NCBI GenBank assembly: GCA_965215265.1
Contig: OZ244048.1
Span: 160,001-224,000 of the forward strand
Length of the DNA stretch: 64,000 bases
Direction: 5' to 3'
DNA from: Candidatus Poribacteria bacterium
GTDB lineage: Bacteria > Poribacteria > WGA-4E > WGA-3G
Position numbers and translations under genes: made by a program. Below the pieces are notes generated by a model, which saw nothing but the letters and a program-made list of their open reading frames with translations, had not been told where the DNA came from and ran no database searches. Below, in pieces: positions 28,931-39,194 of the stretch (positions are counted from its first letter, which is position 1; each line of letters opens with the position of its first letter).

Positions 28931-31237
28931 TTAAAATTCTAACGTGACCCCTATAAAGGGCACGATGGGTAACTGGAAATTAGGTTCCACCTTTGTAAAG
29001 CCGCTATCGTAGCGGACTTGTAGAACATTTTCACGGTTATAGAGATTCCAGACTTCGAGGATAATGCCCAATTTCCATCCGTAGATACGGATTGATTTAC
29101 GGAGACTTAAATCGAGGCGATGGTAGGGGGCTGTCCGTTTCAGTGCCCCGTAAATGGGCTGCCATATTGTCTTTTTGGTCCGGGGATTGGTATACAGTTC
29201 ACGTCCTTCCAGCGGAGCGTAAAGAACGCCGCTCATATATTGCCATTTCGCGCCGATATGCCATGATTCTCCACTATAACGTGCTGCGGCTGTCACCGAG
29301 TGCGGTTTGTTGTAGGAATAATCGCGATAGGTTGCCCCAGGGAAATCCTGACGTTTGGAAGCAGTATAAGCATACGCTAACCAGCCTTCAAATGCTTCCG
29401 AAATTTTGTGCTGTAGCGAAATCTCAACACCTTGTGCATAACCGACCTGGGTATTCTGATACTGCTTTTCAGCTTCGTTGTACCTAATCAGAGCTTGGAA
29501 ATCCTTGTAATAGCCGGCGAGATATATCTTCGTTTGCGTGTTTAAACCTTGTTCCAATTCAACAACGTAATGCGTAGCAAGGCTGGGCGTTAGGGACAGA
29601 TTTCGGTTTCCAAGTACAACCTGATCCAATCTCGGTACTTGCGTATAGCGGCCACAACTTAAATGGAGCGATGCATCCGACCCGAGAACAATACTGAGTT
29701 GTCCGCGGGGTTGAAGTGATAAGCTATCGATCAGATTAAAGTAACTCAGTCTCATTCCGAACGTTCCGGCGAAGTAGGGAGAGAGACGGAGTATTGTCTG
29801 GGCATATCCTTCAAAACGGTGCAAGTTTTCTGTGCTGGCAGCACTGACAATTTTGCCATCACTACGAATCCTAAAATTATAGTGCGGATCGCCTTCTTCA
29901 GGACGACGCGCGCCGTCGCTGATGACTGTTGTCGGGCTACTTGAAAGTAGCAAACCTAAGACTACATCTGTATAAATAGATGCTTCGTAAGTCACGTCGC
30001 TACGAAGCATATAGTTAGACGCTGCGGTCCGGTAGAAGTAGCCCTCACCAAACGCAAGTTCAGTTTCCGAAAAAGAGCGAGTAAGTGACAAAATTGAGTT
30101 CAGTTTAGAAGATAATTGAGAGTAGAGGTGGATGCCTTGTGCATCAAAAGGGTTATCTGAATTCACAGGTCCCTGCAGATCGCTTTCATGTGTCTCTCTG
30201 GATGCTAATTGGAATTTAGAGGAATCATACCCGGCAATAGTATTAATAACGAGTCCGTGGGCACGATTGAGTTTGTAAACCCCTTTCAACTGATAACTCC
30301 AGAAATTTGGAAGTTCTTTTACCAGATCTTCTATGTTTACAAGTCTGGAAGCCAGCTCGAAAAAGGGTTCTAAGTAACTCCGTCTACCGAAGGCGTACCA
30401 ATATCCCTTTCCGGGCAGAAGGAATTCGTTTTTTAAGAATTCTGCGTCAGTAGCTGCTCGAGTTCGCTTACTGTTTTCATCACGTTTGCCTATCTTGCCA
30501 CTCAAGAAAAGTTCAGAATAGATATAATTAGTTTTGATGCCTCCATCTAGATATCCGAGTGAGGTTTTGCTTTGAGGGTAGGAATGAATGTCAATAACGG
30601 CTTGTGAATCCGCGCCAAAGTTCGCAGCAAACCCTCCGGGGTAAACGTCAACGCGTTCAATGACATTGGAACTGACCGTTGAGACAATACCGAGCAGATG
30701 ATAAGGGAATGCTAAAGGTAGCCGGTCTAAGTAGTAAACATTATCCCCGGGCCCGCCGCCTCTAACAGAGAGAACGCTCATGAAATCATTTACTGTTCCA
30801 ATGCTAGGATGGAATGTAAGCGCCCGGAACGGATCATCGGCACTACCTGGGATAGTCCTTATTGTTTCGCCATTCGTTCTGCGTGCCGGATTTTGCAGGC
30901 GTGAGATTTTTGAGTCAACAGTTTCTAGTTGATGTATCTTTTTTAGGTGTACCTTAAGCACATCGGATGCGTCCGTTTGCACCGTAACAGAAGTGCTTTC
31001 GTAACCTTTAACCAATATAGTGAGTGTGTAGGTGCCTCTTAGTACATCGGTAAACCGAAATTCGCCATTTTCATCTGTTACTTGTCGTTGTCCGGTTTCA
31101 ACAAGGCGTACTTCAACGCCGTGCATACTGTCAGCGGTTTTTTCGTCATAAACAGTGCCAACAATATCATCAATTTGCGTATGAGCAGGGATGGGTATCA
31201 ATAATAGGAGAAACGTTAAACAGTGAATATACTTCAT
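28931..31237 (-). CDS. TonB-dependent receptor with N-terminal carboxypeptidase-regulatory-like domain
   Basis: Signal peptide, plug 'VRGGGPGDNVYYLD...YPGGFAANFG', and C-terminal 'NLYNRENV...FIGVTLEF'. Confidence 0.88.
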   Translation of the reverse strand: MKYIHCLTFLLLLIPIPAHTQIDDIVGTVYDEKTADSMHGVEVRLVETGQRQVTDENGEFRFTDVLRGTYTLTILVKGYESTSVTVQTDASDVLKVHLKKIHQLETVDSKISRLQNPARRTNGETIRTIPGSADDPFRALTFHPSIGTVNDFMSVLSVRGGGPGDNVYYLDRLPLAFPYHLLGIVSTVSSNVIERVDVYPGGFAANFGADSQAVIDIHSYPQSKTSLGYLDGGIKTNYIYSELFLSGKIGKRDENSKRTRAATDAEFLKNEFLLPGKGYWYAFGRRSYLEPFFELASRLVNIEDLVKELPNFWSYQLKGVYKLNRAHGLVINTIAGYDSSKFQLASRETHESDLQGPVNSDNPFDAQGIHLYSQLSSKLNSILSLTRSFSETELAFGEGYFYRTAASNYMLRSDVTYEASIYTDVVLGLLLSSSPTTVISDGARRPEEGDPHYNFRIRSDGKIVSAASTENLHRFEGYAQTILRLSPYFAGTFGMRLSYFNLIDSLSLQPRGQLSIVLGSDASLHLSCGRYTQVPRLDQVVLGNRNLSLTPSLATHYVVELEQGLNTQTKIYLAGYYKDFQALIRYNEAEKQYQNTQVGYAQGVEISLQHKISEAFEGWLAYAYTASKRQDFPGATYRDYSYNKPHSVTAAARYSGESWHIGAKWQYMSGVLYAPLEGRELYTNPRTKKTIWQPIYGALKRTAPYHRLDLSLRKSIRIYGWKLGIILEVWNLYNRENVLQVRYDSGFTKVEPNFQLPIVPFIGVTLEF

Positions 31238-31326
31238 AAAATCTTCTGATGTGAAACGTAAAAATAATTTAGTAAGACCGGTTTCCATGCCGGATGCAAC
31301 TGATTTTACAAATTCAGATAAACAGC

Positions 31327-33549
31327 TTAGAAGTCTGCGGAAAGCCCGAGGTACGGAATAATAGGGAACTGGTTCACCGGACTCTTATGCTTATAGTCCG
31401 TGCTGTAGCTGTATTGTAACAAGTTTTGTCGGTTATAGGCGTTGAGGAGTTCAAGGTAGACGTTCATCTGCCAACTATCATAGTTAAAAGTTTTGCTCAC
31501 TCGCAGATCCAGTTTATGGTAGGGCGGGAGCCGATCTGAATTAGTTTCACCATAAATAGGGATCCAGATGAATTTTCCGTTTCTCGGATCAATTCCGAGA
31601 GTTGCATCTACGATAGGAGTGTACGGGTTGCCGGTGCGGTATTGCCATTTCGCCCCAATTTCCCATGTAGGTGCGGGTGTGTAACTCGCGACAAAGGTAG
31701 CAACATGTGTCTGATCGAAAGAATAGAAGCGGTAGGGTTCACTCGGCCGGTCTTTGCGTTTAGAAAGCGTGTAGGCGTAAGAAACCCAACCGAAAAAGCG
31801 GTCGTCGCGCCAGTGCCTTAAGAAAATTTCGGTTCCCTGTGCGTGCCCAACGCCTTGATTGAGGTACCCGGCTTCGTCGTCGACTGTTGCCAAATCTGTC
31901 AAATTTTTGTAATAACCTGCCATTTTGATTTCGGTGTTGGCGGTAAGTGGCCGTTTGAGTTCTAAGATATAGTGTTGTGCTTGACTCACATCCAAGTCAG
32001 GGTTTCCGATGCTAGTGGAGAGGAGCCACGGCTGCGGTGTCTGTTTGTAAACGCCGTATGAAAATTGAATTTCGGACTGGTTTGACAGTTCTACGAGAAA
32101 GCTGCCTCGCGGCTGGATGGCGAGCAGATCTGTCCGGTTAAAATAGTCAGCCCGCAGTCCAAACACGACTGATAGGAACGGTAGCAGTGAGATCCGGCTT
32201 TGTAGGTAGCCTTCTACCCTTTGCCCCCGGATCGACTCATCTAATTTTTGGCGTTCCTCAAACCTAAAGTCGTAATCATCTTCTCCTTCATCGGGTAGGC
32301 GGCTAAACGTGCCTGCAACTCGTCCGGGTTGCAAGGCAAGTACGAGTCCAGATTCGAGTTGATACTTGGGAGTTACGGTGTATGTTAGATCTTCGCGAAG
32401 GACATAGTCTGGTGCTTCAACTTCAAGCGAGATTTCAGGTCCAATGGCTACGTCGAATTGGATGTCCGAGCGTGTTATGGATAAAAGAGAGGTGAGTTGT
32501 TCTGAGAGTGCGGAACGAAGGTGGATGCCAGCCCCGTTAAAACCGGTCTGGAATCGTGAATCGCCTCGGAAATCTTCATCAACGTTTTGACCTGCTTGTC
32601 TAAGCGCAAACCGGTCACCTGCTGCAAAAAGGTTGATGGAAAACTGATGTGTCTCGTTCAGATCATAACCGGCTCTGAATTGGTAATCCCAAAAACGTGG
32701 GAAGGCAGTGATCTGGCTGGTATTGAAGGAGAGAGAATCCACAAATAAATCAATGTAACTCCGCCTTCCGGCGGCATACCAGTATCCTTTTTTACCAATA
32801 CCCCCTTGCAACACAGTTTCTGAGTAAAGCAAATTTAAATTGAATTTTCCATGCAAATGCCCATTGCTACCTTCCTGTGAATGAATATCAATAACCGCCT
32901 GAGAATTAACACCGAATTCAGCACCGTATCCGCCTGCGTAAACATCAATACGATTAATGATTTCGGAACTAAGAGAGGAGACGAAACCACCAAAATGATA
33001 GGGATAGCCAAACGGCACCCTATCAAAGTAGTACAGGTTGTCTTCATCAGAACCGCCACGAATATAGAGCGCTCCGCTAAAATCGCTTGATACGCCGATG
33101 CCAGGAAGGGACGGGAGGGCACGAAGCACGTCACCGCCGGTGCCAGGCAGCCGTGCCATTTCCGAGGCCCGGAGGCTCTTTTTATTCACAGTTTTGGGTG
33201 TACGTTTTTCCTTCACCTCTATTTCCTTGAGACGGTACGGTGCCATTTCAATGTAAATCTCAGGTTTAACGGTTTGACCATCCAAGACAACAATAGAAGT
33301 TCTCGCTGTTACTTCAGAATCTGGGAAAGAGACGAATAGCGTATAAGTACCTTCGGGAATGTTTGTTAAAACAAAATTGCCGTTTTCATCTGTTTTTTGA
33401 TTTACGGTAATCTTAATCAGATATACATTTGCCCCTGCTAATGGGGCACCGGTATCGCTGCGATAGACAGTCCCTTCAATTCCTCCTGTCTGTGAGAAGG
33501 CTACGATTGGCACCGCGAAAACCAACAGCACAGAGAACAAATTTTTCAT
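31327..33549 (-). CDS. TonB-dependent receptor with N-terminal carboxypeptidase-regulatory-like domain
   Basis: Signal peptide, 'IRGGSDEDNLYYFD', 'YAGGYGAEFG', and C-terminal 'NAYNRQN...YLGLSADF'. Tandem paralog of the downstream receptor. Confidence 0.9.
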   Translation of the reverse strand: MKNLFSVLLVFAVPIVAFSQTGGIEGTVYRSDTGAPLAGANVYLIKITVNQKTDENGNFVLTNIPEGTYTLFVSFPDSEVTARTSIVVLDGQTVKPEIYIEMAPYRLKEIEVKEKRTPKTVNKKSLRASEMARLPGTGGDVLRALPSLPGIGVSSDFSGALYIRGGSDEDNLYYFDRVPFGYPYHFGGFVSSLSSEIINRIDVYAGGYGAEFGVNSQAVIDIHSQEGSNGHLHGKFNLNLLYSETVLQGGIGKKGYWYAAGRRSYIDLFVDSLSFNTSQITAFPRFWDYQFRAGYDLNETHQFSINLFAAGDRFALRQAGQNVDEDFRGDSRFQTGFNGAGIHLRSALSEQLTSLLSITRSDIQFDVAIGPEISLEVEAPDYVLREDLTYTVTPKYQLESGLVLALQPGRVAGTFSRLPDEGEDDYDFRFEERQKLDESIRGQRVEGYLQSRISLLPFLSVVFGLRADYFNRTDLLAIQPRGSFLVELSNQSEIQFSYGVYKQTPQPWLLSTSIGNPDLDVSQAQHYILELKRPLTANTEIKMAGYYKNLTDLATVDDEAGYLNQGVGHAQGTEIFLRHWRDDRFFGWVSYAYTLSKRKDRPSEPYRFYSFDQTHVATFVASYTPAPTWEIGAKWQYRTGNPYTPIVDATLGIDPRNGKFIWIPIYGETNSDRLPPYHKLDLRVSKTFNYDSWQMNVYLELLNAYNRQNLLQYSYSTDYKHKSPVNQFPIIPYLGLSADF

Positions 33550-33810
33550 AGAGGTTAGTAAATCCTACTTCTAAAGATTTGGAAAATTAACACGCCAGAT
33601 ACACCTTAAATTATATCATCTCTTTTACCTGAATTACCAATGTTTTAGCTGCACCCCTATAACGTCTCACTTATGGCTTACATTGTAGTTTCAACACGGT
33701 GAGTTCTTCTGTTATTTTATCACACCGTGTTGACTAAATCAAATGAGCGTTGCGTTCACTTCTAAGTTTGTGTTATCATTTATTAAAACATGACTCGATG
33801 AGGATGAAGA

Positions 33811-34725
33811 GTGGAAATCGTTGAATATACACCAGACATGCTGGGTCCGTTGACGCAATGCTATAATCGCTTGATTGCTGATGTTCCGCACTGCTATCCC
33901 GTAAACGAAGATGAATTGGGAGAGGAATTGTCCAATATGCCCGAAATAGGGCATCCTCAAATCCGTTACCATTCGCAAATCACCTTTATTGCTTCTTCAG
34001 AAGTCGGTGGACGACAAGATGATGAGGTGCTCGGGTTTGTACAAATTGGCATTAACGAATTGCGTCAGCACAAGCGTAACAACGGTGTGATTAGATTTTT
34101 GGGTTATCTTCCTGGCGAACGACGCGCAGGACAAGCGTTACTTGAAAAGGCAGAATCCTACTTGCAAATGTACAACGCGACGCAAATTGTGGCTTTTATG
34201 CAAGAGCACCGTTATCACTTCTACCACTTTGCACACGCATATCTATCGGATGCACTCGGACAGAACCAGGCACTCTTGGGATTCAATGGGTATAAACGTA
34301 GTGAGGGTGAGGTATTTTTGGCGTGGAAAAATTACGAGGTTACGCTGCCGCCACTACCACTACCTGTTGAAATTGCTGTTGAATGGAAATCGGGTAGAGG
34401 TAAACGCCCTAACTGTAAGGTACAAGCACGCCGCGATGGAGAAGAAATTGGTGTCTGCGAGTCTCTCTCCTGCGGGGAATTTTCAAGCCATCCGGATACA
34501 CAAGACTGGTTTCATACCGTATGGCTCGGTATTGAAGATGAATTCCAAGGTCAAGGCTTAGGCCGTTACCTGCTTCAATACACACTACATGAAATGCACA
34601 ACGTCGGGTACCGCCACGCTGCAATCAGTACAGATTGGGAAAACCATCGTGCTTTTCTATTTTACAGTAACTTCGGTTACCGGGTTTCAGATTGGACTTA
34701 TGGATTTTCAAAAACTATGTCATAA
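33811..34725 (+). CDS. GNAT family N-acetyltransferase (likely tandem GNAT)
   Basis: 'LGIEDEFQGQGLGRYLL' and 'NHRAFLFYSNFGY'. Confidence 0.85.
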   Translation: MEIVEYTPDMLGPLTQCYNRLIADVPHCYPVNEDELGEELSNMPEIGHPQIRYHSQITFIASSEVGGRQDDEVLGFVQIGINELRQHKRNNGVIRFLGYLPGERRAGQALLEKAESYLQMYNATQIVAFMQEHRYHFYHFAHAYLSDALGQNQALLGFNGYKRSEGEVFLAWKNYEVTLPPLPLPVEIAVEWKSGRGKRPNCKVQARRDGEEIGVCESLSCGEFSSHPDTQDWFHTVWLGIEDEFQGQGLGRYLLQYTLHEMHNVGYRHAAISTDWENHRAFLFYSNFGYRVSDWTYGFSKTMS

Positions 34726-34841
34726 CGGTTCTGAAAATTCATGTTGTTAGAAGTGCAGGACAGATTCACGAATATCTTGCTTGCTGTTATATGATTTGGC
34801 GTACAGCCAGTGAATGCTCGGAATGACCCAATTGCCTTCAT

Positions 34842-35396
34842 TCAGTCAGGCATTTTTGTAACATCAACGAACCATTTTGCTTCCGCCATCCGCTCGATGG
34901 CTTCGGAATTGCCTGGATGATACTTCGCGAATTTCACCTTATCACAATTAGCGAGGAAATGCTGTACCTTTTCAAGGTAAAGCCCCCCGATTTGTTGCTG
35001 TTCCAATTGCACAAGCAGGTGTGTCGTCGGCAATTCAAGCGCAGGAATGTGATAGCGTGCTTCAATATATTCGCGAATTACGTGGGAAATTTGGGTATGA
35101 TAAGCGTTCATATTGTCTTTCGCCAACCATTCTGTTGCTTCAATTGCTTTTAGTTGTTCATAGGCGATTTCGTGCGGTGTGTGGGTTTTCACCTCCGCAA
35201 CCCGAACCGGTGATGCGGGTTGTCGGCGTTTCCGGATGTAAAGCCATCTTGATATTATAATAATAGCAATGAATAGAAATCCGCCCACTAAAAGGAGAGG
35301 GAGTAAACTTTGTGGTACCTCTAAGGGAGGCTTGATATCGCGCAACCTCTGCAGATCCCCGGATCCCTGCGAAAGGATTTGATAGAGAAAAGGCAT
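34842..35396 (-). CDS. Single-pass membrane protein, DUF4381/BatD-associated-like
   Basis: 'LRDIKPP', a TM segment, 'PHEIAYEQL', 'ISHVIREYIE', 'CDKVKFAK'. Confidence 0.7.
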   Translation of the reverse strand: MPFLYQILSQGSGDLQRLRDIKPPLEVPQSLLPLLLVGGFLFIAIIIISRWLYIRKRRQPASPVRVAEVKTHTPHEIAYEQLKAIEATEWLAKDNMNAYHTQISHVIREYIEARYHIPALELPTTHLLVQLEQQQIGGLYLEKVQHFLANCDKVKFAKYHPGNSEAIERMAEAKWFVDVTKMPD

Positions 35397-35400
35397 GGTG

Positions 35401-36039
35401 TTAGGGTAGGACGTGTGAGCCGATATGTTGAAGTGACTGGGGTTCAACAATGATAGATTTTGGATCCGTTGGGCAGACGTACTGACAGACCCCGCAACCT
35501 GTGCATCCAGGTATTATCACCTCAACAAGTCCGGTAGTTGAAAAATGGATTGCCTCCGCCCCAATAGGGCAGTTGTCGACACAGTATGTGCACGAGATAT
35601 CTTTTGTACGGAGACAAGTTTCTGCTGTGAAAACAGCGATACCCATTGCAATATCTTCAGCAAAGACACTTTGCAGTGCACCACTAGGGCAGACGTACAT
35701 ACACGCCAATGCGTCACAAATCACACATGGTTGTACATCTGGATTAATATAAGGCGTTTGTGCGAGTGTCTCATCGTTGCTTTCCATTGGCATTATTGCA
35801 TCGGCTGGACAGTTTTTGACACAGTTCCCGCACCGGAGACATTTTTCCAAGAATTCTGCTTCATGGAGTGCCCCCGGTGGCCGTAGAAAAAATGACGGAC
35901 GGTTCTGCAGACTTTCTTTCTCTAGAGTTGCACCAATAAGCCGTTCTCCTACCTGTTCATCCAAGAGTTCTGCGACGGGTTGGAGGACTTGGTGCAACGC
36001 TTCTTTAAAAAAGCCGCGTCTCCCTTTTTTATTAGACAT
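35401..36039 (-). CDS. NapG/MauM-type 4Fe-4S polyferredoxin
   Basis: 'LRPPGA', 'CLRCGNCVKNCP', 'CVICDALACMYVCP', 'CTYCVDNCP', 'CTGCGVCQYVCP'. Confidence 0.88.
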   Translation of the reverse strand: MSNKKGRRGFFKEALHQVLQPVAELLDEQVGERLIGATLEKESLQNRPSFFLRPPGALHEAEFLEKCLRCGNCVKNCPADAIMPMESNDETLAQTPYINPDVQPCVICDALACMYVCPSGALQSVFAEDIAMGIAVFTAETCLRTKDISCTYCVDNCPIGAEAIHFSTTGLVEVIIPGCTGCGVCQYVCPTDPKSIIVEPQSLQHIGSHVLP

Positions 36040-36040
36040 T

Positions 36041-36727
36041 TTAGACCTTTCGGAGACTTTTCAACGTTCTTTCTGACTTATCTTGTTCATCTTGATTTGA
36101 ACAAGAAGCTTTAGGAATCCGATAACAACATTTGTGACTTCCCGCCATGAGATGCTCTTCGCGGGACACCTTCACTCCTAAAGCCTGCCGAAAGAGTGCC
36201 AATTCAATTTCACAGACGTGCGGATATTCTTCAGCGATTGCAGCAATGGGACAGTTGTGTTCAGTGAGGATGTAATCTGTTCCGCTCTCATCCGCCCGTG
36301 CCATGTATCCTTCTTCGTCACGGATGATGGCGAGTTCTTTAACCCGTTCCGGTAGCGGTTTACTCTGAAGGCGTTGACGGTATATCTCTATTTGGGATTG
36401 CATACGGCTCCGGAACACCTTATTAATAAACCCCGGCCCGTTGAATTTCGCTACTTCGTGCATCAATTCAACTGCAAAATTAGCGTACGTTGTCGGAAAG
36501 AGGCTGTTTGCTTCATCGGTGAGTTTATAAAGATGGTGTGGACGTCCACGTTCCTGCTTCTCTCGATCGTATTCAACCAAGCCTTCATCTTCAAGAATTG
36601 CGAGGTGCTGCCGTATTCCCATGGCACTGATATGCAGCGCGGCTGTAAGTTGATTGACGGTCATGCGAGCACGCATTTTAAGCAGTTGCAGGATTCGCAT
36701 ACGTGTGTCACTCATTTCACAATTCAT
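36041..36727 (-). CDS. SufR-like winged-helix Fe-S transcriptional regulator
   Basis: HTH 'GIRQHLAILEDEGLV...RGRP' and C-terminal 'EHNCPI...C..E...C.Y' cluster ligands. Confidence 0.82.
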   Translation of the reverse strand: MNCEMSDTRMRILQLLKMRARMTVNQLTAALHISAMGIRQHLAILEDEGLVEYDREKQERGRPHHLYKLTDEANSLFPTTYANFAVELMHEVAKFNGPGFINKVFRSRMQSQIEIYRQRLQSKPLPERVKELAIIRDEEGYMARADESGTDYILTEHNCPIAAIAEEYPHVCEIELALFRQALGVKVSREEHLMAGSHKCCYRIPKASCSNQDEQDKSERTLKSLRKV

Positions 36728-36890
36728 TCAGTTTTTCCTCTTTACGTAATTGTCTTATTGAAATTATAACACAATTGTGTCCCTTAATTCAATTATTAAA
36801 AAACTTGCATTATTTTTTTTCAACATGTTACGCTAAAAAAAACGGTGAACAAGCACAATTGCGAAGCAATTCACTAGAAAGCAATATTGA

Positions 36891-37658
36891 ATGAAATCAA
36901 TTATCCTTATATTCTGCAGTATCTTACTCCTAATTGGCTGTGGCTCCGATGAAACTGGCGTACCAACTGAGTCCATAGAGCCGCTACTCCCGAACTATTT
37001 TCCTGACGCAGTTGGGAGCCGGTGGGTATATAGGGGACCCGATGACACTTTGTGGGCCCGGGAAGTCAAGCGCGAACAGATCTTTGACGGAAATCTCTAT
37101 CCGGTTTTCGACTACACACCATTTATTGAAGAAATGGGATTTTCCTACTTGAAACCTACGTCCTATCGCGTTACGCAGGACCAGGTCTTTTTCAGTGTTC
37201 GTGAAAAGATTTACGCTTACGTTGAAACTGAGCTCCCCAAAATACTACAAGATGAATTTGAAGGTTTGGAGCTTAACGTTACCGTAGAGGACATCTCGGA
37301 ACATGAACTCGCTTTTTGTTATATTCCGCTGATGCCTAATTTCCAATGGGATGCACTTCGTATGAAGGTGAGTGGTACGCTCGTGTTACAAAATCTCGTG
37401 TTGCTGCAAATCCCATTTAAAGTGAATTTCCGAGTTGCAGCACAGGTCGTTGGCGAAAACCGTCTTCAAACGCCGGCTGGAATTTTTGAAAAAACATATC
37501 AGATTGTGTATCAAACCGAAATTATAACAACTGTTTTTGAACAAACAGAAATAACAGAGAGCGTTCAGAAGGTATGGATTGCTCCACATATCGGCATTGT
37601 CAAGGTCGAAGACGAATCGGGTGCAACAGAACTGATTGAATACGTCCTCTTACCTTAG
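36891..37658 (+). CDS. Hypothetical lipoprotein
   Basis: Lipobox 'LLIGC', plus 'YFPDAVGSRWVY', 'TPAGIF', 'WIAPHIGIVK' typical of beta-rich DUF3108-like lipoproteins. Confidence 0.7.
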   Translation: MKSIILIFCSILLLIGCGSDETGVPTESIEPLLPNYFPDAVGSRWVYRGPDDTLWAREVKREQIFDGNLYPVFDYTPFIEEMGFSYLKPTSYRVTQDQVFFSVREKIYAYVETELPKILQDEFEGLELNVTVEDISEHELAFCYIPLMPNFQWDALRMKVSGTLVLQNLVLLQIPFKVNFRVAAQVVGENRLQTPAGIFEKTYQIVYQTEIITTVFEQTEITESVQKVWIAPHIGIVKVEDESGATELIEYVLLP

Positions 37659-37703
37659 TGTGAACGTTGCACGGTGCGATGCGCCGGTTTTTCTTATAAT
37701 GAA

Positions 37704-38768
37704 ATGAATGTTATCATCTTAAGCGACGGTAAACCCGGCCACTATAATCAATCCTTAGGCATCATTCAGCGTTTACCAGAATGTGATGCACATTGGGTAG
37801 ATGTCTGTTTCCGAAGCAAATGGCACGATAATCTTCTTCGGTGTATCATGTGTCTACTCGGTGGTGTGCCGTTACCGAAGTTTTTCATCCACGGGCTTCT
37901 CAGTTGGTGTCTCTGCGAAGAAACGGACACAGCGCTCTCTAACATTGACACCGCAGACCTGATTCTGTCAACCGGTTCATCTGTTGCTGCTGTTAACCTA
38001 TTGCTTGCTAAAGCATTGCGCGCAAAAACGGTTACTTGTCGCAGACCTTCGCCATTAGGGATTCTCTATTTTGATTTAGCTATTCTCCCAAGGTTAAAGC
38101 GGCTTAGAACGAAACGGAAAAATGTCTGCGCAACCGTGGGAGTGCCGAATCCCATTTCGCCGGCAATCCTTGATTCGATGAAAATGGAGTTGCAAACAGA
38201 GATGGCATTGCCCAATTGCCCGCGCATTGGTATCCTTATCGGCGGTACCGACCGGCATGAAACTATAACGGAACAACACGTAGAACGTCTACTTGATATC
38301 TTAGCGATGACTGCAGAGGAATTGGGTGTCCATGTTCTCTTAACAACTTCCCGCAGGACACCTGAGGCAGTCACTGCTCGTCTTGCAAATGTTTTGGCGC
38401 CGGCAGCTTGGTGTCCCTTGTTTGTTGAACCGGGGGTGGGTTCTACATTCACGAATCTGTATCAAGCCCTTCTTGCATTGAGTGACGTGATTATCGTCAC
38501 AGCAGATAGTTTCTCGATGGTTTGTGAGGCAGCGAGCAGTGGCCACCCAGTCATCGTCCTGAAACTCTCATGTACCAAGCGACCGAAACGGTATCAGGTC
38601 TATGACTATATGGAGCAACATTCTATTCTGCAACAGTGTGGCCTTCATGACTTAGCAGAACAACTCTCTAAACTGTTGACGGAGCAGATGCGTACTTGCC
38701 CCCTTGATGATACACAGACAGCGGCAAACGCGATTTGTAGTCTTTTCATGGATACGAGCCGGTGGTGA
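37704..38768 (+). CDS. ELM1/GtrOC1 (DUF1022) family putative glycosyltransferase
   Basis: 'LSDGKPGHYNQS', 'LIGG', 'TTSRRTP', 'VTADSFSMVCEAASSG'. Confidence 0.85.
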   Translation: MNVIILSDGKPGHYNQSLGIIQRLPECDAHWVDVCFRSKWHDNLLRCIMCLLGGVPLPKFFIHGLLSWCLCEETDTALSNIDTADLILSTGSSVAAVNLLLAKALRAKTVTCRRPSPLGILYFDLAILPRLKRLRTKRKNVCATVGVPNPISPAILDSMKMELQTEMALPNCPRIGILIGGTDRHETITEQHVERLLDILAMTAEELGVHVLLTTSRRTPEAVTARLANVLAPAAWCPLFVEPGVGSTFTNLYQALLALSDVIIVTADSFSMVCEAASSGHPVIVLKLSCTKRPKRYQVYDYMEQHSILQQCGLHDLAEQLSKLLTEQMRTCPLDDTQTAANAICSLFMDTSRW

Positions 38769-39071
38769 TTGCAAATACAAAAGAATTCCATTTTTACCTG
38801 CAACAGCTCCGCGTTACTACCGTGAGAAGATTGAAGGAAAGGTAGCAGGCGTTTTTTTATCTGACGCACGTGATCCTCTCAATATGATAACTTTCTTCAT
38901 CCTGCTGCTGCTGACGGTTGGCACCATCTATGGAAAGGTTCACTACGCGATTGATGCACTTGCTAGGCGGTTTTGGCAATTTTAGTATTTTTTTGGATGA
39001 GACTATACATTTAGAATTTCTATCCATACAAGCTTATTGGGCATTAAGAGAGTTTGATCTGAAAATAAAAA

Positions 39072-39100
39072 TTGACTTTCACACAAAAATTAGGTAGAAT
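39072..39100 (+). promoter_or_regulatory. Putative sigma70 promoter
   Basis: TTGACT-N17-TAGAAT upstream of the aminotransferase. Confidence 0.55.
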
Positions 39101-39194
39101 AGAATATCTAAGAACGTGCCTTAGAAAATTATCGCACGGTTGAATTTACATAAGTCTGGTCGCTTATACAAGTTAGTTGTCTGAGGGAAATTTC

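Noticed and set aside
38704-38985. 93-aa ORF whose end vaguely resembles a DoxX C-terminus
   Set aside because: It overlaps the upstream gene, lacks a clear RBS, and the similarity is too weak to call. It may be a decayed fragment.
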